NCBI GenBank assembly: GCA_046543095.1 | Contig: JBKHAC010000004.1 | Location: 1-58,897, forward strand | From: Candidatus Woesearchaeota archaeon | GTDB lineage: Archaea; Nanobdellota; Nanobdellia; Woesearchaeales; 21-14-0-10-32-9 | Direction: 5' to 3' | Length of the DNA stretch: 58,897 nt | In this document: one piece after another, positions 53,867-58,897 of the stretch | How the letters are laid out: each line of letters starts with the position of its first letter | Position numbering within the stretch: the first letter of the stretch is position 1 | The notes under the pieces: generated by a model | What the model was told of the DNA's origin: nothing | Databases searched by the model: none | Seen by the model: the letters and a program-made list of their open reading frames with translations, nothing else | Program-made: the position numbers and the translations under genes

Positions 53867-55846
53867 TTATTTTTTTGTCTTTCTTATCTTTTTATCTTTT
53901 TTGTGTTGGTATTTTTCCAGTAATTCTATTACTTTTGAGAGTTTTTTGTTTTTTAGTCTGTATGCGAGCATATTCTTTTTTAAATTATTTTTGAGCCATA
54001 ATCTTATTGGGTTTTCTCGCTTAATTAGATCTTGATACTGTTCGTCAGTCATTTTTTTAAGTACAGCTAGCAATTCAGGCATGTTTTTTATTACTTTAAC
54101 TTCTTCATCCATTTCAAGTATTAGATTTTCAGGTTCTGTTACGAGTAGGTTTTTTCTGTGTCTTCTTGATGCAATATAGTGTTTGAATCCGAGTTGATTT
54201 ATTATTATCATCAGAGTCATTATTATTGCTATGTATGCTGAAAGCATTATTATATCAGGATATACTTGTTCAAATCCTGCATCAAATAGCATGGCACGTC
54301 TGAGGCTCTCAGACACTATTACATATGGGTTGAATGAAGCTATTTTCGCAACTATTGGAGATAGTGTTTCTAGAGGGAGTATTAGGTTTGATAAGAATAA
54401 GAATACTGAGCCTATCACTATGTTGCTCATTGTGACTGCTTCTGATGTTGATGATACTGTTCCTATAAGTAAGCCCATGCTTATGAATAATGTTATTCCA
54501 AGCAGTAGTATCATTATTGTAACTATTGGATTTGTGAGTATTGGTACACTTAAAGTATAATGTGCAATAGCGAGTATTATTATTGTTTGTAGTGCTATTA
54601 TTATTAGTGCTGTAAGATAATTTATGTACATGAAATATTTTTGGGTTGTTGGTGTTGTGAAATTGCGGAAAAATGCTTTTGAGTCTTTTTCCATATATAC
54701 TAGTGTGCTTGCAAGCATTAAACCTATAAATAATATTGCAAGTGTTAGGAGATATGAAAATGAGTAAGTCAATCTTGTGTTTGTTGATGATACTGATTGC
54801 ACATTTGTTGTAACTGGATTTGTTATGCTTCTTGCGGATCTTAGTTCAAATGATTGTATTTCTGCAAGAATTTCTTCTTGTTTTGTTTTTAATTCATCTG
54901 TATTTTGAGATATTGTATTTATTGAGGTTTGTAGTTGATTTAAGTCATTTGTTATTTCTTGTTTTGATTTGTCTGCTTTATCTATTCTGTCTGTGATTTT
55001 AGTTATACTTACTGAAAGAGTTGCAAGTGCTGTTTGCAGCTCATCTATTCTTTCAGTTCCTTTTGAATTATATATTGTTGTGTTTAGTGTATCTATCGCG
55101 TTTTCAAGTTCTGTTTGGGTCTCATTAAATTCTATTTCTAATGCCTCATTTACAACTGTTTGTGCTTTTGATTTTATATCGTCAAATTCGGTTTCTACAG
55201 TATTTAGTTTTGTTTGTATATTTGATGTGCTAATCGTCTCTTTTGTTGTGTCCATCGCGTTTGTTTCTTTTTTAGCAGTGTCGATGTTGTTTGTTGCTGT
55301 TTGTATTTGGGCTCTTGTTGTTATTATGTTTGCTAGGCTCTCTTCTGCTTTCTTATTTGCGACTTCCACTATATTTATTAATTGGTTTGCAAGTTCTTCG
55401 CTAATCTCTGATGATTCGGTTCCTAGTGATGTCGAAAATGAAGATATTAGTCTGTCAACGAGATTCATTCTTGATTCATCTACATAGAATATGAGTTCGT
55501 TTTTCGCGCCGTCTCTAATCTCAAAGTCCTCCGAGAATACTGCGCATAAAACTGTTATTCCTTCCTCTATTGAGCTTGCGCATAATTTCTCTGAGTCATA
55601 TATTATTATGTTATGTTCTGTTGTGTTGAATGATTGAATATATCTATCTGCGAGTGTTGATGATTCTTTTGTATGAACACCTATATTTAATTTTTGATCT
55701 ACATCTTCCATGAAGCCAAGTCCTATTATGAATACTATTATCAGTGGTGCGAGTAATACAACTAATGCCGAACCTTTTGATCGTGCAAGTATTTTCATAT
55801 TTTTTTTAAGGCATCTAATTAGTTTCATTTTTTTGTTGTCCTGCAA
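53867..55846 (-). CDS. ABC-2/YhgE-Pip-like transporter permease with long extracellular coiled-coil insert and cytoplasmic C-terminal extension
   Basis: One N-terminal TM, a ~300-aa T/N/E/Q-rich helical region, 5 C-terminal TMs, then a basic helical tail. Overlaps the ATPase gene. Confidence 0.7.
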   Translation of the reverse strand: MQDNKKMKLIRCLKKNMKILARSKGSALVVLLAPLIIVFIIGLGFMEDVDQKLNIGVHTKESSTLADRYIQSFNTTEHNIIIYDSEKLCASSIEEGITVLCAVFSEDFEIRDGAKNELIFYVDESRMNLVDRLISSFSTSLGTESSEISEELANQLINIVEVANKKAEESLANIITTRAQIQTATNNIDTAKKETNAMDTTKETISTSNIQTKLNTVETEFDDIKSKAQTVVNEALEIEFNETQTELENAIDTLNTTIYNSKGTERIDELQTALATLSVSITKITDRIDKADKSKQEITNDLNQLQTSINTISQNTDELKTKQEEILAEIQSFELRSARSITNPVTTNVQSVSSTNTRLTYSFSYLLTLAILFIGLMLASTLVYMEKDSKAFFRNFTTPTTQKYFMYINYLTALIIIALQTIIILAIAHYTLSVPILTNPIVTIMILLLGITLFISMGLLIGTVSSTSEAVTMSNIVIGSVFLFLSNLILPLETLSPIVAKIASFNPYVIVSESLRRAMLFDAGFEQVYPDIIMLSAYIAIIMTLMIIINQLGFKHYIASRRHRKNLLVTEPENLILEMDEEVKVIKNMPELLAVLKKMTDEQYQDLIKRENPIRLWLKNNLKKNMLAYRLKNKKLSKVIELLEKYQHKKDKKIRKTKK

Positions 55847-56801
55847 GGTTTAAGAACACTTGGTTCAGGCTTGGTTTTATTAGTTTTAATTCTATTATTT
55901 TTTCTTTGTTTTTCTCTATTAGTTTCACTATTTGATCTAATATGTTTTTGTGATCTTGACAGAGTAATATCAATTCAGGTCCTCTTATTTCTATTTTTTT
56001 TATTTCTTTTGAGAATTTGCGTTTTAGTGATGCAGATAATTCTTCATAATTTCCTGGGCTCGACTCTATTCTTATTTCGTGATGTTTTAAGTATTTTGAT
56101 TTTAAGTTTTCAGGAGTGTCTATATCAATCATAGTTCCATCTTTTATGAGTGCGATTCTGTGGCATAATGTTTCTAGTTCATTTAGGTGATGGCTTGAGA
56201 CTACTACTGTTGTGCCTCTTGAATTTATTTGTTTAATTAAGCTCCATATGCTTCGTCTGAGTATTGGGTCAAGGTCGGATGTTGGTTCGTCCATGAATAG
56301 TACTTGGGGGTTGTGTATGAGTGAGCAGGCTATATCGAGTCGTCTCTCCATTCCTCCTGATAGGTTTTTTGCATGTATGTTTGATGATGTTTCAAGATCT
56401 ATTAGTTTCAATAGTGAGTATACATTTGAGTGGAGTACTTCTTTTGATAGTTTGTATAATTCTCCGAAGTAATATAGGTTTTCTTTTACTGTTAGTTTTT
56501 CATAGAAACTCGGCATTTGTGCGGCGAAGCCGTATATTTTTTTGAATCTTCTTTGTTGTTTGAATACTGATTTATAACTTGGTTTATCTGCTATTACTCT
56601 TGATTCTTTGTATTTGACATCTCCTGTGTCTGGTGAGACGAATCCAATCATCATGTTTAAAAGAGTTGTTTTGCCAGATCCGCTCGCGCCGATCAGACCT
56701 ATTATCTCACCTGGTTTTATTTCGAAATTTACATTGCTTAGAACTTTTTTTGTCCCGAATGATTTTCCTATTTTTTCTACTTTTAGTAGTGGGTCTTGCA
56801 T
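55815..56801 (-). CDS. ABC transporter ATP-binding protein
   Basis: Walker A GASGSGKTT, signature LSGGMERR, Walker B LFMDEPTSDLD, H-loop SSHH. Confidence 0.9.
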   Translation of the reverse strand: MQDPLLKVEKIGKSFGTKKVLSNVNFEIKPGEIIGLIGASGSGKTTLLNMMIGFVSPDTGDVKYKESRVIADKPSYKSVFKQQRRFKKIYGFAAQMPSFYEKLTVKENLYYFGELYKLSKEVLHSNVYSLLKLIDLETSSNIHAKNLSGGMERRLDIACSLIHNPQVLFMDEPTSDLDPILRRSIWSLIKQINSRGTTVVVSSHHLNELETLCHRIALIKDGTMIDIDTPENLKSKYLKHHEIRIESSPGNYEELSASLKRKFSKEIKKIEIRGPELILLCQDHKNILDQIVKLIEKNKEKIIELKLIKPSLNQVFLNLAGQQKNETN

Positions 56802-56935
56802 TAGTTTTTAAAGAATAATTGTTATTTTTAAACTTTATGTTTTATTCTCCTCTGAGTCTTTGCTTTTTGTATCTATTTTTTAGTAAGTATTTTTTAGTAA
56901 TGTTTTTATATTTCTTTAAGTTTTCTTATCTAATT

Positions 56936-57952
56936 ATGTTGAATTTGGATGATTTGAAATCGAGAAATATTTTAATTGATGAGTCTGCTAATTATTTTTT
57001 TTGTTCTGATTTGTTTAATTTTTTGAATAATAATTTTGATGAGTATAGTGATGTTCTTTCTTCTTTTGAGAAGCGTTTTAAATCTTCAGGTGCGTTTGGT
57101 CGTGTTTTAAATAATAAAATTAGATTTTTGATGAAGGATTCGCTTGAGCAATATTTAGTTGATGATGTTAAAAGAGATTTGTTTAATTCTAATGTGTTGT
57201 TATTTAAGCAAACGTTAGATGTTTCTTTTCAGGGCGTGGTTAATTATAATATTTCTGAGAATAATTGGTTTGACTTGTGGGAGTTTGATGACTTGTTTAT
57301 GAAAACTAATTTTAAAAAAGTGGTTGGTGATTCTTTTTTCATTCATAACATAATTGATTTTTCTCAGGATGTTAGGACTTATTTTTCTCAGTTTAATTCT
57401 TGGAAAGTTAGGTCTTTTTATTCTAAGCTTGACATTGAGGAACTTTCTTTGTTAGTTGAAACGCGGGCAAGTAATACATCTGATGATTTTGTTAAGAAAT
57501 CAAAAGTGGGTAAAACTCATAATTTAGAAGTTGGGAGTGAATTTTATTTTAGTAGTGCAAGTAAGGATGATTCTCTTAATTTAGCCGGAGTTGAGTCTAA
57601 TTACATAGATACTTTTAATAAGCTTTATCCTGAAACTAAGGATTTTGTTAATGTGGATGAGGATAGTCTATATAAGATTAAGGAAATTTATGAGGTTTGT
57701 AAATTAGCAGATTATAAGCGTGGAGGTAATAAGATTTCTGAGGAGAAGATTCCTTTTTATTTGGATGTTTTATTTGGTAAGAACTGTGATGGTTTAATTT
57801 CTTTTTTATCCACTAATATAGGTGTTGCTTTTCTTTCATATGACGGGCAAGTAACAGATAGTTTTTTAAGACGTATTTATGAGCGAAGAGAACGTATTTT
57901 GTCTGTATTTAATAAAGATTTGAATAATGATGAGAAATATAGAATTTTCTAG
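56936..57952 (+). CDS. Hypothetical protein
   Basis: The start is set at the first ATG (MLNLDDLKSR). The listed TTG start at 56819 adds 39 Phe/Leu-rich residues read from promoter-like T-rich DNA. Confidence 0.5.
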   Translation: MLNLDDLKSRNILIDESANYFFCSDLFNFLNNNFDEYSDVLSSFEKRFKSSGAFGRVLNNKIRFLMKDSLEQYLVDDVKRDLFNSNVLLFKQTLDVSFQGVVNYNISENNWFDLWEFDDLFMKTNFKKVVGDSFFIHNIIDFSQDVRTYFSQFNSWKVRSFYSKLDIEELSLLVETRASNTSDDFVKKSKVGKTHNLEVGSEFYFSSASKDDSLNLAGVESNYIDTFNKLYPETKDFVNVDEDSLYKIKEIYEVCKLADYKRGGNKISEEKIPFYLDVLFGKNCDGLISFLSTNIGVAFLSYDGQVTDSFLRRIYERRERILSVFNKDLNNDEKYRIF

Positions 57953-57962
57953 TTCTTAAAAA

Positions 57963-58051
57963 TTGAGAAAGTTAGAAGGCACATCCCATCCTTAAAGGGT
58001 TACTTTTCGGTTAACTTTTTAGCTAACGCTAAAAAGCGAGGATTCATCCAT
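57963..58051 (+). repeat. Family 1 repeat, copy C1
   Basis: Aligns with copy A from TTGAGAAAGTTAGA through TTTTTAGCTAACGCTAAAAAGCGAGGATTC. Confidence 0.65.
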
Positions 58052-58089
58052 CTAGAATTTTGGCAAATTAGCGAGGGAAAACATCTAAA

Positions 58090-58170
58090 GCCTAAAGGCG
58101 ACATTTTTTTGGGCGACATTTTTTTGTTTGACGCGAAAAAATCGAGGATTTGTTCAGCTCGTAATTTAAG
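58090..58170 (+). repeat. Family 1 repeat, 3'-half copy C2, with internal 15-bp tandem duplication
   Basis: GCCTAAAGG..AAAAAATCGAGGATTTGTTCAGCTCGTAATTTAAG matches the 3' module of copy A and copy D. GGCGACATTTTTTTG is duplicated at 58097-58126. Confidence 0.5.
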
Positions 58171-58390
58171 CTAGGACTCATTTAACTTGTGCGTGGAAGA
58201 ATTTATTAAATTTTTTTTGTATCAATCAAAAAAATCATATTTATCCAAAGGATACTTTCTTGTGATTGATTCACTAAAGTTAGCTTAGCCGAATTTTTGC
58301 TTTTTGGGATTTACTAAAATGTCACTCTAAGATTAACGTTTTAGACAAGGGTTTTCGCCCTCCGCGTTTTTTTTTGGATTCAATTAATTA

Positions 58391-58897
58391 TTATATATCT
58401 TCTTCTAGGTCTTCTATATCTTCAAGTGAGAGTAAGTCGTCATCGTCTTGGTTTTCTTCTTTTTTAGTTTCTTTTTTCTCAGGTTTAGTTTCAGCTTGTT
58501 TTTCTTTTATTTCTTGTTTTTCTTCTGGTTTGGTCTCTGTTTGTTTTTCTTCTTGTTTTTTTATTTCATCTTCTGGTTTTACATCTGTAAGTACAACATT
58601 TGCTACGAATTCTAGTTTTCCGAACATCTCGTTTTTTGTGACTCGTCCAATGAATTTCATCATTGCGCCTAGCATTTTGTTTTTGTAGTCTTCGAAGCTT
58701 TGTGTGTCTTCTCTGAATGATTGTAGTTCTTCTTCGTTTACGTTTAAGAAATTTAGTATTTGGTTTTTCCAGAGGACTACTCGTATGTTATCTGAGCCGT
58801 CATCTACGAATACGTTTAGTACTGCGCCGTATGTTGCGCCTTCGGGGTTTTCGTCTTCTCTTATTCTTTTGCCTTCAGAGTTTACTTTGAAGAATTT
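58391..58897 (-). CDS. C-terminal part of an OB-fold ssDNA-binding (RPA/SSB-like) protein with an acidic tail; the gene starts beyond the window
   Basis: The frame stays open to base 58897. VFVDDGSDNIRVVLWKNQ and KFIGRVTKNEMFGKLEFVANVV resemble RPA-type OB strands. K/E-rich linker, then DDDDLLSLEDIEDLEEDI. Confidence 0.5.
   Translation of the reverse strand, partial: KFFKVNSEGKRIREDENPEGATYGAVLNVFVDDGSDNIRVVLWKNQILNFLNVNEEELQSFREDTQSFEDYKNKMLGAMMKFIGRVTKNEMFGKLEFVANVVLTDVKPEDEIKKQEEKQTETKPEEKQEIKEKQAETKPEKKETKKEENQDDDDLLSLEDIEDLEEDI

Overview
Visibly AT-rich, tightly packed chromosome segment. I infer it comes from a small-genome (DPANN-like) archaeon; GC content was not computed. Archaeal/eukaryal-type information genes are present: PCNA, the proteasome-activating nucleotidase PAN, archaeal-type TyrRS, beta-CASP RNase J, a Ski2-like helicase, an RPA-like OB-fold protein and one clear C/D box sRNA. 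They sit beside bacterial-type modules: Hsp20, an HPF-like protein and GroES/GroEL; ZnuABC; MgtE; MoxR-DUF58-VWA; and RNase D. About 60 protein genes are supported. Many have GGAGGTG-like Shine-Dalgarno sequences, and several pairs have 1-8 nt stop/start overlaps. I saw no rRNA, tRNA, CRISPR array, transposase or integrase. The most interesting signals are these. (1) A co-oriented cluster at 30216-33775 encodes a tandem ThyX-like protein, a ParB/Srx-like protein and a dNMP-kinase/HAD-phosphatase fusion. (2) Two copies of a 145-bp MITE have perfect 8-bp target-site duplications. (3) A second dispersed hairpin-containing intergenic repeat family is present. (4) A parvulin PPIase is fused to a VKOR-type thioredoxin-like domain whose CxxC reads SxxS. 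(5) A bacterial-style heat-shock island has a divergent wHTH regulator, a candidate operator and an HPF/RaiA-like gene. (6) There are several unusual domain fusions (GH57 with a glycogen-synthase-like domain, MazG with XGPRT). (7) Genes on the + strand follow two different synonymous-codon regimes. All functional calls rest on by-eye motif recognition and need HMM or structure confirmation.
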